From a virus (Duplodnaviria; Caudoviricetes): a stretch of 31,113 nucleotides of DNA. Every line of letters starts with the position of its first letter. Position 1 is the first letter of the stretch. The notes beneath the pieces were generated by a model, which was given only the letters and a program-made list of their open reading frames with translations, was not told the origin of the DNA and made no database searches. Shown piece after piece: positions 8,922 to 17,102 of the stretch. Where the stretch lies: IMG/VR virus record IMGVR_UViG_3300027566_000029, positions 1 through 31,113 of that record. The stretch is one strand, 5' to 3'. Position numbers and translations under genes: made by a program.

Positions 8922-9290
8922 ATGAAACTAAAATTATTTGCACCAACAAGATTAAACAAGCCCTCAATTTCTCTCTATAAAAATGGAGAATTCCGGATCA
9001 GTCAATCATTGGCTGATATCATGGGAGCAAAAACAGGATCCAGGATACAGGTTTTTCAGGACGAAGAAGAACCAACGGACTGGTACATCAAGTTTAACAC
9101 GGAAGATGGATATCTTCTACGTAACAAATCGGGAAAAGGGGCGGGATACGCATTTTGTAGCAAACCACTTGTAGAGGCGATTAAAAACAGCGTCAAAATT
9201 CGTGATGGCGCTAAGTTTATTATGCCGGTCTCCTCTGAGCCCGATCCCGAACTTCAAGTCTATGCAATTCTCACAAGTGTTTTAAAATAG
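8922..9290 (+). CDS. Hypothetical protein
   Basis: 122 aa, operon-packed. Confidence 0.65.
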   Translation: MKLKLFAPTRLNKPSISLYKNGEFRISQSLADIMGAKTGSRIQVFQDEEEPTDWYIKFNTEDGYLLRNKSGKGAGYAFCSKPLVEAIKNSVKIRDGAKFIMPVSSEPDPELQVYAILTSVLK

Positions 9291-9295
9291 TCGTT

Positions 9296-9553
9296 ATGAA
9301 ACCAATAAGATTCAAAGAGTTTAATAAAATGTTGACAAAGCCTGACGCCATGAGCGATGAGCAATGCAAGAGTCTGCCGGTGTTCAACGACGGTCAGAAA
9401 ACGATATCCTGCTGGAAATTGAATTTTACAGATCGTCTCAAGGTTCTGTTTTATGGCCGGCTCTGGCTATCCGTCCTGTGGGGAGGTGGAACTCAGCCTC
9501 CGGTATGTCTTGAGTGTGACAAACCTGTTTTTAAGAAATTAGCTGAAAAATAA
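9296..9553 (+). CDS. Hypothetical phage protein
   Basis: 85 aa, operon-packed. Confidence 0.65.
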   Translation: MKPIRFKEFNKMLTKPDAMSDEQCKSLPVFNDGQKTISCWKLNFTDRLKVLFYGRLWLSVLWGGGTQPPVCLECDKPVFKKLAEK

Positions 9554-9559
9554 ACAACT

Positions 9560-9766
9560 ATGGATGCAAAATCACAAGTAAAGGTCATAGAAAAAGGCTT
9601 CATTATTATCCGGGTTGATGATTATCCTGCCATCAGGATACAGTTCAAGGACGAGGAACACAGAGAGTGGACCACTCTGAATAATTTCCCTACCAAAACT
9701 GCCAGAGACAGAGCGTTTAATGATCTGCTGGAGCAACCTCTTGTCATAACGGATCAGGTCCTTTAA
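9560..9766 (+). CDS. Hypothetical phage protein
   Basis: 68 aa, operon-packed. Confidence 0.6.
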   Translation: MDAKSQVKVIEKGFIIIRVDDYPAIRIQFKDEEHREWTTLNNFPTKTARDRAFNDLLEQPLVITDQVL

Positions 9767-9889
9767 CCAGATGAAAACAGAAGCCATTTTTGCACTACAG
9801 GAGATCCATGTGTCCGGGGAAAGAGTTGACAGACTTGAAACCCGGGCCGGGTCTTTATCTCAGAAAATAAACCTATAAATTGATTGACG

Positions 9890-10696
9890 ATGAATCAGAT
9901 CTATTTATACAACGGAAATTCAGTCACCTTTCAATTTGGCAACGGTGATGTTATGGTTAATGCCACTGAGATGGCCAGACCCTTCGGCAAAAGAGCAGCT
10001 GAGTGGTTAAGGCTTCCGTCCACCATGCAATTCATGTCTGCATTGGAAGCTATGGGAAAATCCCATAGGTCGGAATTGATAGTTACCGAGAACGGTGTCG
10101 GCACCTGGTTGCACGAAGATGTCGCTATCGAGTTTGCACGCTGGCTCTCTCCTTCTTTCCTCATATGGTGCAATGACAGGATCAAGGAGCTATTGAGACA
10201 CGGAGTCACTGCATCACCAAACACGATTGAGGATTTCCTTAATAATCCGGATTTTCTCATAGACGCTCTTAATGAATTAAAGAGAGAACGGGCCGAAAAA
10301 CAAATAATTCACGGAAAGAACATACAGTTGCAGGAGACGATCTTGAGACAAACTCCTCGAGTTAGGTTCTCTGAGGCTGTAGAGGCATCTCAGCAATCCA
10401 TCTTGATTGGAGACCTGGCCAAGGTGTTATTCCAGCGTGGTGTTGAAATTGGTCAAAACAGGTTGTTCAAAATCCTACGTAGTAAAGGTTATCTATGTAG
10501 TAAGGGTGACCTGTACAATTCTCCTACTCAGCGTTCCATGGAAATGGGTCTTTTTGAGATCAAGAAAAACCTGGTCATCAAAGCAAATGGAACGACCCTG
10601 GTAACGTCAACACCAATGGTAACCGGCAAAGGACAGGTCTATTTTGTAAATAAGTTTTTGGATAAGAAAGATAAAAATTTAAGTAGTAAATCATGA
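9890..10696 (+). CDS. Phage antirepressor (KilA-N plus KilAC/ANT domain)
   Basis: MVNATEMARPFGK..WLRL, GTWLHEDVAIEFARWLSPSF.IWCN; C-terminal IGQNRLF.ILR..GYL...PTQRSME.GLF...TP.VTGKGQVYF. Confidence 0.92.
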   Translation: MNQIYLYNGNSVTFQFGNGDVMVNATEMARPFGKRAAEWLRLPSTMQFMSALEAMGKSHRSELIVTENGVGTWLHEDVAIEFARWLSPSFLIWCNDRIKELLRHGVTASPNTIEDFLNNPDFLIDALNELKRERAEKQIIHGKNIQLQETILRQTPRVRFSEAVEASQQSILIGDLAKVLFQRGVEIGQNRLFKILRSKGYLCSKGDLYNSPTQRSMEMGLFEIKKNLVIKANGTTLVTSTPMVTGKGQVYFVNKFLDKKDKNLSSKS

Positions 10697-10947
10697 ATAT
10701 TACAGAAGAAACGGCTCTTTACGGAAAAGGGCCAGAACCGATTAAACTCGGTGACAAATATTGGTTTATCAATCTTGATTTAAACTTATCATTATGCCGT
10801 ATTCACGAAGCAGTTTTCAGGGGTTATCCCTTCGATAAAGCAAGGATTAAGGATGGCAATTGCTTCAGGACAGAACAGAAAGCAACTGTTGGACTAAAGA
10901 AGATCAAGGAAATATTCATTTCTAATATGGATCAGTTAAATACCTAA
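10693..10947 (+). CDS. Hypothetical phage protein
   Basis: 84 aa, ATGA-coupled to antirepressor; GNCFRT motif. Confidence 0.6.
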   Translation: MNITEETALYGKGPEPIKLGDKYWFINLDLNLSLCRIHEAVFRGYPFDKARIKDGNCFRTEQKATVGLKKIKEIFISNMDQLNT

Positions 10948-11029
10948 ATAGAATGTAATAATAAGTACATCAAAAAGATATAAAAGAATTTTCAATCAAA
11001 TATTACACAAATCACAAACTATTAAAGTT

Positions 11030-11269
11030 ATGATCAAACTAGGACAAAAAATCAGAGACCGCGTGACCGGACTGGAAGGAATTGCAACAGCAAAGGTTGA
11101 ATACCTGAATGGATGTATTCAATTTGGCTTACGGCCACCTGTTAAAGCAGATGGCACACTACCGGATGTGCATTACATAGATCAAGGACAGCTGGAGGTT
11201 GTTGGTGAGGGGATACTAATTAAGAAAAGGGATACCGGCGGTCCGCAAAGGGATTGTCCTAAATCGTAG
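11030..11269 (+). CDS. Hypothetical phage protein (SH3-like)
   Basis: LGQKIRDRVTGLEGIATAKVEYLNGC pattern. Confidence 0.65.
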   Translation: MIKLGQKIRDRVTGLEGIATAKVEYLNGCIQFGLRPPVKADGTLPDVHYIDQGQLEVVGEGILIKKRDTGGPQRDCPKS

Positions 11270-11304
11270 AGTGTTATCTTATTTAATTCAAATCAATTAC
11301 AAAA

Positions 11305-11736
11305 ATGAAAAAGACACAAAAAAATGAAGAGGTCCTGTATGGGGACATCAGAGACAAAATCAAGTCATTTGAGGACGCTAGCGAGACAAAGGGACAGGAT
11401 TCTAATGCTCTTCCGGTTGTAGATAATCTCCTGGAGAAGGACCGTAAATCCATTATCGCTTTTATTAAGCTTACAAGTATTATCCGGGCATTGAACGAAG
11501 GATGGGAACCTGATTGGAAAGATTGGAATCAGCGCAAATGGTTCAACTATTTTTATTATGATTCGGCCTCCGGTTTCGTCTACTCGCTTACGCATTATAC
11601 GCTTACGTATTCGTTTATCGGCTCCCGGCTTTGCTTTAAAGACCCTAAGGTTGCAGAATATGCAAGAGAACAATTCAAACAATTGTATATAGACTATCTT
11701 CTTATTGATGGTCCAGACAGTTCTGAAGTAAAATAA
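11305..11736 (+). CDS. DGR target protein 1 (143 aa)
   Basis: Contains VR1; RALNEGWEPDW and GSRLCFK motifs. Confidence 0.88.
   Translation: MKKTQKNEEVLYGDIRDKIKSFEDASETKGQDSNALPVVDNLLEKDRKSIIAFIKLTSIIRALNEGWEPDWKDWNQRKWFNYFYYDSASGFVYSLTHYTLTYSFIGSRLCFKDPKVAEYAREQFKQLYIDYLLIDGPDSSEVK
11562..11633 (+). repeat. DGR variable repeat VR1
   Basis: Ungapped 72-nt match to 12602-12673 with 12 mismatches, all at TR adenines. Confidence 0.95.
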
Positions 11737-11753
11737 CTTAATCAGAGTCTATT

Positions 11754-12234
11754 ATGAAAACATTACAGATTGACGAAAAGAATGCACGGGCGTTATACAA
11801 GGGAGCCTCAAAAGAGTTTAAGGCAACTCTGGAAGATACGTTTGGAAAGGAGTTTTTCTCAGGGAACATCACCGATCGTATAAAAACACTCGATGATGTT
11901 TTTATCGAAAATGGTCGGGATCCTGAAGAGATAACAGCCATACTCGAAAATTCAGACTTAGAAGAAGATGAAAAATATTATAAAATATTAAAACATATCA
12001 CCAGGGCATTGAACGAGGGATGGGAACCTGACTGGGCAGATTCCTCTCAGGGGAAATATTACCCTTGGTTAGAGTTTAGCCGTTCGGCCTCCGGTTTCTT
12101 CTTCTCGATTACGTCTTTTTACGCTTACGGTTACGATTATCGGCTCCCGGCTTTGCTTTAAAGACCCTAAGCTTGCAAAATATGCAGGAACTCAATTCAT
12201 TGATATTTACAACAAATATTTACTTGCAAAATAG
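11754..12234 (+). pseudogene. DGR target protein 2, paralog of target 1, +1 frameshift inside VR2 (159 aa if corrected)
   Basis: RALNEGWEPDW motif; removing one nt at 12114-12120 restores IGSRLCFKDPKLAKYAGTQFIDIYNKYLLAK* matching target 1; as written stops at 12161. Confidence 0.8.
12080..12155 (+). repeat. DGR variable repeat VR2
   Basis: Matches 12599-12673 with about 13 mismatches at TR adenines, one non-A mismatch (GTC>TTC) and a 1-nt insertion. Confidence 0.92.
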
Positions 12235-12239
12235 CAAAT

Positions 12240-12572
12240 ATGTCAACAGAAGATGATGGATCACTAGCATGTTTAGGTATACCTCCTGATGTAAATCTCA
12301 GGAGGTTTAACTGCAAGGAAACTACTCAGCAGAATTTAACAAACCTCTCTTTTTGGGTTATTGATTTCTTTGAAAATGTAAAGACAAGATTTGGAGAAAA
12401 CCGTTTCCTTGTTAAGATCAAATACAATCTTGATGACAAAGAAGAGGATGCCCGCAAGTTCTTTACAAATTCATTTGAGATTAAGTATGTACTTCAGAGA
12501 ATTAAGGAGTTGAATAAGTTTCCGCGCAAAGTGACTATGAAAGCTTCCGGGACTAGGTATTATTTTGAATGA
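12240..12572 (+). CDS. Candidate DGR accessory protein (not Avd-like)
   Basis: 110 aa immediately 5' of TR, the usual avd position; beta-strand-like patterns (FWVIDF, RFLVKIK, KFFTNS, FPRKVTM, RYYFE). Confidence 0.6.
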   Translation: MSTEDDGSLACLGIPPDVNLRRFNCKETTQQNLTNLSFWVIDFFENVKTRFGENRFLVKIKYNLDDKEEDARKFFTNSFEIKYVLQRIKELNKFPRKVTMKASGTRYYFE

Positions 12573-12598
12573 TTAAGGTTGTCAGCTCTATGGGTGTA

Positions 12599-12673
12599 CC
12601 GTTCGGCCTCCGGTTTCGTCTACTCGAATACGAATTATACGAATACGAATACGAATATCAGCTCCCAGCTATG
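12599..12673 (+). ncRNA. DGR template repeat (TR)
   Basis: AAT/ACG-rich copy between accessory gene and RT; carries A where both VRs vary. Confidence 0.93.
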
Positions 12674-12776
12674 TGGGAAAACAAAAGAGCAGGGACCTTG
12701 CCTCTTGGCAAAAAATAAACGATTACAGAGAGTATTGGTAAGGAAACTGAAGATTCTCTTAAAACCAGCAAAAACG

Positions 12777-13763
12777 ATGAAAAGACTCAGTAATTTATAT
12801 GATCAGATCTGCAGCATGGAAAATCTTATCCTGGCTGACCAAAAGGCACGTAAGGGAAAACTACGCTCTTATGGTGTTATCCGGCATGATATCCACAGAG
12901 AGAAAAATATAAAAAACCTGCATGAAGCCCTGATGAGCGGATCTTATCGTACATCCGGTTACACTATCTTTAAGATTTACGACCCAAAGGAGCGTGAGAT
13001 TTACCGTCTGCCTTATTATCCTGATAGGATTGTACATCACGCAATAATGAACGTGCTTGAGCCAATTTTCGTCGCAATATTCACAAAAGACACATACAGT
13101 TGCATAAAGAGCAGGGGAATTCACGGAGCTCTTGTAAGCGTGAAAAAGACACTTAAAGAAGATCCTACCGGGACAACCTATTGTCTTAAGCTTGATATCA
13201 AAAAGTTCTATCCTTCAATCGATCATGAGATACTGAAATCGATAATCCGGAGAAAGATAAAAGATGTCCGGCTATTGTCACTGCTTGACGAAATTGTTGA
13301 CTCAGCTCCCGGTGTTCCGATCGGTAATTACCTATCACAATATTTCGCCAACCTATATCTTGCATATTTCGATCACTGGTTAAAGGAAGTAAAGCACGTA
13401 AGTTATTATTTCAGATACGCTGACGATATGGTAATTCTTCATAGCAGCAAGCAATATCTGAGAGACCTCTTCAATGAGATGCAGGAATATTTAAGTACTG
13501 AGTTAAATCTTACAATCAAAGGTAATTGGCAGATATTCCCAGTCAAATCACGGGGGATTGACTTCCTGGGATATGTTTTCTTTCACACACATATCTTATT
13601 ACGCAAGGGTATCAAGAGCAGGTTCTGCAGACGGGTATCAAAGCTGAATAAAAGAAGTTTAAATGAAAAAGATTATAAAAAATCAATTTGCTCATGGCTG
13701 GGATGGGCCAAGCATTGCAACAGCAAAAATTTACTGAGTAAGATATTATTGCAACCGACATAA
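12777..13763 (+). CDS. DGR reverse transcriptase (328 aa)
   Basis: KEREI...PDRIVHHA, LKLDIKKFYPSIDH, GVPIGNYLSQYFAN (DGR-type SQ), YFRYADD, GIDFLGY; no maturase/endonuclease extension. Confidence 0.95.
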   Translation: MKRLSNLYDQICSMENLILADQKARKGKLRSYGVIRHDIHREKNIKNLHEALMSGSYRTSGYTIFKIYDPKEREIYRLPYYPDRIVHHAIMNVLEPIFVAIFTKDTYSCIKSRGIHGALVSVKKTLKEDPTGTTYCLKLDIKKFYPSIDHEILKSIIRRKIKDVRLLSLLDEIVDSAPGVPIGNYLSQYFANLYLAYFDHWLKEVKHVSYYFRYADDMVILHSSKQYLRDLFNEMQEYLSTELNLTIKGNWQIFPVKSRGIDFLGYVFFHTHILLRKGIKSRFCRRVSKLNKRSLNEKDYKKSICSWLGWAKHCNSKNLLSKILLQPT

Positions 13764-13796
13764 AACTCTATAATTAATAAAATCAAACGGATAATA

Positions 13797-13979
13797 ATGA
13801 ACACAAATTCAGGATACTTAGTAAAAACCAAATCAGGCAAAACGGGCAGAACCTACAGCTCAAAAGGGCTTGTGAATGACAAAGTTCCGGTTTACTTAGA
13901 AGAAAGCAAGTTTGAGTATTCAGAAAAGGCAATCCTATGCGATAAGGATTCTCTCAAAGTAATAGGATTTATAGATTAA
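13797..13979 (+). CDS. Hypothetical protein
   Basis: 60 aa, operon-packed. Confidence 0.6.
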   Translation: MNTNSGYLVKTKSGKTGRTYSSKGLVNDKVPVYLEESKFEYSEKAILCDKDSLKVIGFID

Positions 13980-13992
13980 AAATAAAGCAGAA

Positions 13993-14247
13993 ATGTATAA
14001 CAGAAGAACATGGCTAAACAAAGAAGATTCACCTTCAATAGGCAATGTGGTGGCTTTTGAGGGAGAAGTTTTGTGGAAAGGGGAGAAAATTAAAAGCGCC
14101 TTTCTGTCTGTATCAGATTGTAATGTTTCGGCTAGACTCCATAAAACCGATGAAGATACAATTGAAGATTTTATTGATAAGATGAAGCTGCTAAAAAACG
14201 AAATAGAGCTATTTATCAATTACTTAGAACAACAACCAATATTATGA
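13993..14247 (+). CDS. Hypothetical phage protein
   Basis: 84 aa, operon-packed. Confidence 0.65.
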   Translation: MYNRRTWLNKEDSPSIGNVVAFEGEVLWKGEKIKSAFLSVSDCNVSARLHKTDEDTIEDFIDKMKLLKNEIELFINYLEQQPIL

Positions 14248-14264
14248 CACATAAAAATTAGAAA

Positions 14265-14462
14265 ATGACAGACCTGGATAAATTTAAAGAGCTATACGAA
14301 TCAGTTGGCATAAAGCTCACTGAAGCTACCTACCCGAATGGCACCAGTACCCTTACACTAGGTGTGGATAGAAATAAAAAATTTGGAGGAGACATCAACG
14401 TCTATTCAGATATTGAATTTGACCAGGATGGAAAATTCATCTGCCAAAATTTCTTTGATTAA
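14265..14462 (+). CDS. Hypothetical protein
   Basis: 65 aa, operon-packed. Confidence 0.55.
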   Translation: MTDLDKFKELYESVGIKLTEATYPNGTSTLTLGVDRNKKFGGDINVYSDIEFDQDGKFICQNFFD

Positions 14463-14490
14463 TAAAAAGTTAAATAATTATATTATAACC

Positions 14491-15849
14491 ATGACAACAA
14501 TTTTCCTTCCTTATCTCGATTTCAACCGGCATTTTCCGACAATAGTAGCCCTTTATGATGCCAAGGCAGCTGAGTACAACGGACAAGTGGCAATCGAACG
14601 CGATTCAGGAGATCGCTCAAGAAACTTCCTTAAAAGCTCACACAGGGAGCTGTATTTTGACTTAATCCGTGCGATCAAAGGTAAAATGGCTAGTGATATG
14701 CTAGTCTTCAAGGATGCCCAAAAACTGCTTGCCATTGCTGCTGGATCCATGATAGTTCTCCAGACGAACAGGAAGAGATTGTCGGAAAGGACGAAAAAAA
14801 GCGAGGTTACGATCTATAGACTCATCGAGAGGCTCATAGATGCAAGGATACTTACCGAGAAGGTAAACCACGGCACTCAGAGGGACTTTGAACTTCATCT
14901 CCGACCAGACATGGTACCTGTTTCGGACGCGAAAAGCGAGAAATTTAACCCCCTGGCCTTTATTTTGAAAAACTCAATAGACAGTGCGATTCAGGAGACC
15001 TTACGTTCAATTTGCACGCCATGTTCTAGTAACAAGAACTCTTTTAATAATAAAATAATCACAGGGAACTTACCAGAACACGATGCGGTATCACCTGCGG
15101 TGATGAATTACAATGAACAAACTAGAACTATTCACGGGAACACAGGAGATCCAGTCACTTGTGCCGACGAATTGTTCGCCTCAAAGATCGCAAAAATTAA
15201 CATGTTTGCAGGCAAGGGAATATTGGTCAATGCTTTTGGAGTATCCCTAAGCCCGGAAAATGATTTGAAAATTAACACATCTAAAAATAAAGCCGGTGAT
15301 TATGGGCGGAAAATTGAAGAATTGAGGAAGAAAGAGGAGGAAAGATCCCGGATATATTCGATGCAACTGGTAGAATTTGTCATATCCATTCTCTTCGGAG
15401 ACCGGACAATCTATAAGGCTGAAAGAGAGAAAGCTTACAAGCATGCACAATATTATTTCAAGATGTTCAATACCGGTCCGGACTGTGAAAGAGCCATGGA
15501 AGGTTATCGGGAACGAGTCAGAATGGTCCAGCGATATCTGGAGAAGCATAAAGAATTCGACTTTTCAAACATATTTCCTGCCAGGTACATGGATCCGGAG
15601 AATTACCAGTGCAGCTTTATCATGACTCAGAAATGGCTCAAGAAACAAAAGGAATATCACGAGTTGCAACAAAAGACCCGAAAACTGAAGACCGAGGAGG
15701 CAATTCTCACCTACGCTCTGACTAGAATGGTGAAATGGAAGAATCCATCATCATTCGAGTATTGGAAAACATACGTTATCAATAAGGCTCCAGGCAAAGT
15801 CATGGACTATGAAACCAGGGCACTGAGCATTATAAAATCAGCAAATTAA
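14491..15849 (+). CDS. Putative replication-initiator-like protein with wHTH
   Basis: TNRKRLSERTKKSEVTIYRLIERLIDARIL wHTH-like segment; position at end of early region; ATG 14491 preferred. Confidence 0.5.
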   Translation: MTTIFLPYLDFNRHFPTIVALYDAKAAEYNGQVAIERDSGDRSRNFLKSSHRELYFDLIRAIKGKMASDMLVFKDAQKLLAIAAGSMIVLQTNRKRLSERTKKSEVTIYRLIERLIDARILTEKVNHGTQRDFELHLRPDMVPVSDAKSEKFNPLAFILKNSIDSAIQETLRSICTPCSSNKNSFNNKIITGNLPEHDAVSPAVMNYNEQTRTIHGNTGDPVTCADELFASKIAKINMFAGKGILVNAFGVSLSPENDLKINTSKNKAGDYGRKIEELRKKEEERSRIYSMQLVEFVISILFGDRTIYKAEREKAYKHAQYYFKMFNTGPDCERAMEGYRERVRMVQRYLEKHKEFDFSNIFPARYMDPENYQCSFIMTQKWLKKQKEYHELQQKTRKLKTEEAILTYALTRMVKWKNPSSFEYWKTYVINKAPGKVMDYETRALSIIKSAN

Positions 15850-15873
15850 CTCAAACAACTTAAAACTTAGCAT

Positions 15874-16122
15874 ATGTCGAATTTTGGAAGCGATCAGTCA
15901 AAATTTAAGATGGTGTTATACCTGAAATCCGGTGAGAGGAAGTGCTTTTACTCACTCCTGAACGAGGAGAAAAAAAGTGATGAAGTTGCCATCAGAGGGA
16001 TGAAACGGAGACTGCTGGACAGAATGTACAAAGGGAAATATCAGACAGCTTTGATATACAACCGTATAACAGATAGAATTGAGCAGAAATACATAAATGG
16101 AAATTTGGAGGCTTCATTATGA
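15874..16122 (+). CDS. Hypothetical protein
   Basis: 82 aa, coupled to next gene. Confidence 0.65.
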   Translation: MSNFGSDQSKFKMVLYLKSGERKCFYSLLNEEKKSDEVAIRGMKRRLLDRMYKGKYQTALIYNRITDRIEQKYINGNLEASL

Positions 16123-16598
16123 TTACAACAAAAATACAGGTAGAACAGCATCTTGCTGAGTATATAATTGGTAAATACGGTGTTCGAATGAGTAACCCGG
16201 TGTCACTCCCGGACAACATCGCATTGTATCATTTCATATGGGATGTTACCATAAAGAGGCCTTCAGACAAACAGGTTGATGTGGGTAATCTTGAAATCGT
16301 ACTTCCTGATCGCAGAGAAGGTAAGAATCCAAGGGTCTATAACTATATTTCTCAACGAGGGACAAAATCCATAGAGGTTCGCATCGAGACAATGATGTGG
16401 ACAGAGCTCCACGAAGATCTGGACCATGCAAAACACCGTTACGGAATAGAGTATATTGAGACAATTCATGTTTTCTGTTCAAAATATAATATCACCGGTA
16501 TCTCTGAAGATGCCATGCTAAAGAACTATTACCGCTGGAGAAATGTCACCCGACGTCGGAATAAGGAAAAAAGATCATATAATCGACAAAATGTTTGA
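16119..16598 (+). CDS. Hypothetical basic protein, candidate late-gene activator
   Basis: Last gene before structural block; C-terminal HTH-like FCSKYNI..ISEDAMLKNYYRWR; role inferred from position. Confidence 0.5.
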   Translation: MITTKIQVEQHLAEYIIGKYGVRMSNPVSLPDNIALYHFIWDVTIKRPSDKQVDVGNLEIVLPDRREGKNPRVYNYISQRGTKSIEVRIETMMWTELHEDLDHAKHRYGIEYIETIHVFCSKYNITGISEDAMLKNYYRWRNVTRRRNKEKRSYNRQNV

Positions 16599-16643
16599 AA
16601 ATATTTGTACGACCAAGTGTATCGATTTGTCCGATTTGAGTAG

Positions 16644-16684
16644 CAAAAGTGTATCAAAACTGTATCAAAAGTGTATCAAAACTG
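16644..16684 (+). repeat. 11-bp tandem repeat CAAAA(G/C)TGTAT, 3 full copies plus partial
   Basis: CAAAAGTGTAT-CAAAACTGTAT-CAAAAGTGTAT-CAAAACTG in intergenic DNA. Confidence 0.85.
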
Positions 16685-16709
16685 CCCACTGCTTAAAAAT
16701 CAATTAATT

Positions 16710-17102
16710 ATGAATGCAAATAATGACCAAATTGGGAATAAAATCACGTTAATACCCATTTTTGACGTCCAAAACACAAATGGGAATAATTTTTCTCTGA
16801 CCACGGACAGGAATGTCCGTATACTTTACACCCAGAATGACCTGGTGTTTGATCAAAAAGCCAGTGAAAGCGAAGGTGGTGTACTGTATAATCAATCCCT
16901 GACGGCTATTGTAGCCAAAAATAAAGAATTAATGAGATATAATAACATGCATGTTCTCATTGTTCTTGAAACATTGTCAGGAAAAACAATCGTTTGGGGA
17001 TCAAAGCAATTCCCTGTAAGAAGTAAATGCGTGCCTCTAATTACGGCTATCTCTATTGAGCTTTCATGCTCTACTATATTTCCTGTATTTTTTGAGGATT
17101 AA
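16710..17102 (+). CDS. Hypothetical phage protein
   Basis: ATG at 16710; the GTG start at 16671 lies in the repeat. Confidence 0.6.
   Translation: MNANNDQIGNKITLIPIFDVQNTNGNNFSLTTDRNVRILYTQNDLVFDQKASESEGGVLYNQSLTAIVAKNKELMRYNNMHVLIVLETLSGKTIVWGSKQFPVRSKCVPLITAISIELSCSTIFPVFFED

Larger units (their letters stand above)
11305..13763 (+). mobile_element. DGR cassette: target1-target2-accessory-TR-RT
   Basis: DGR-type RT plus a TR and two VRs with adenine-specific mismatches. Confidence 0.93.

Noticed and set aside
12626-12657. GAATAC tandem repeats as microsatellite or CRISPR
   Set aside because: They are the AAT-ACG codons of the TR; no spacers or cas genes
12579-12776. 66-codon N-terminal RT extension from the ORF track
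   Set aside because: It reads through TR and spacer from a TTG; MKR at 12777 is the typical RT start. The open frame is noted only as a curiosity
12777-13763. RT as group II intron, retron or Abi RT
   Set aside because: Short, has the SQ motif, lacks extra domains and has a clear TR/VR set
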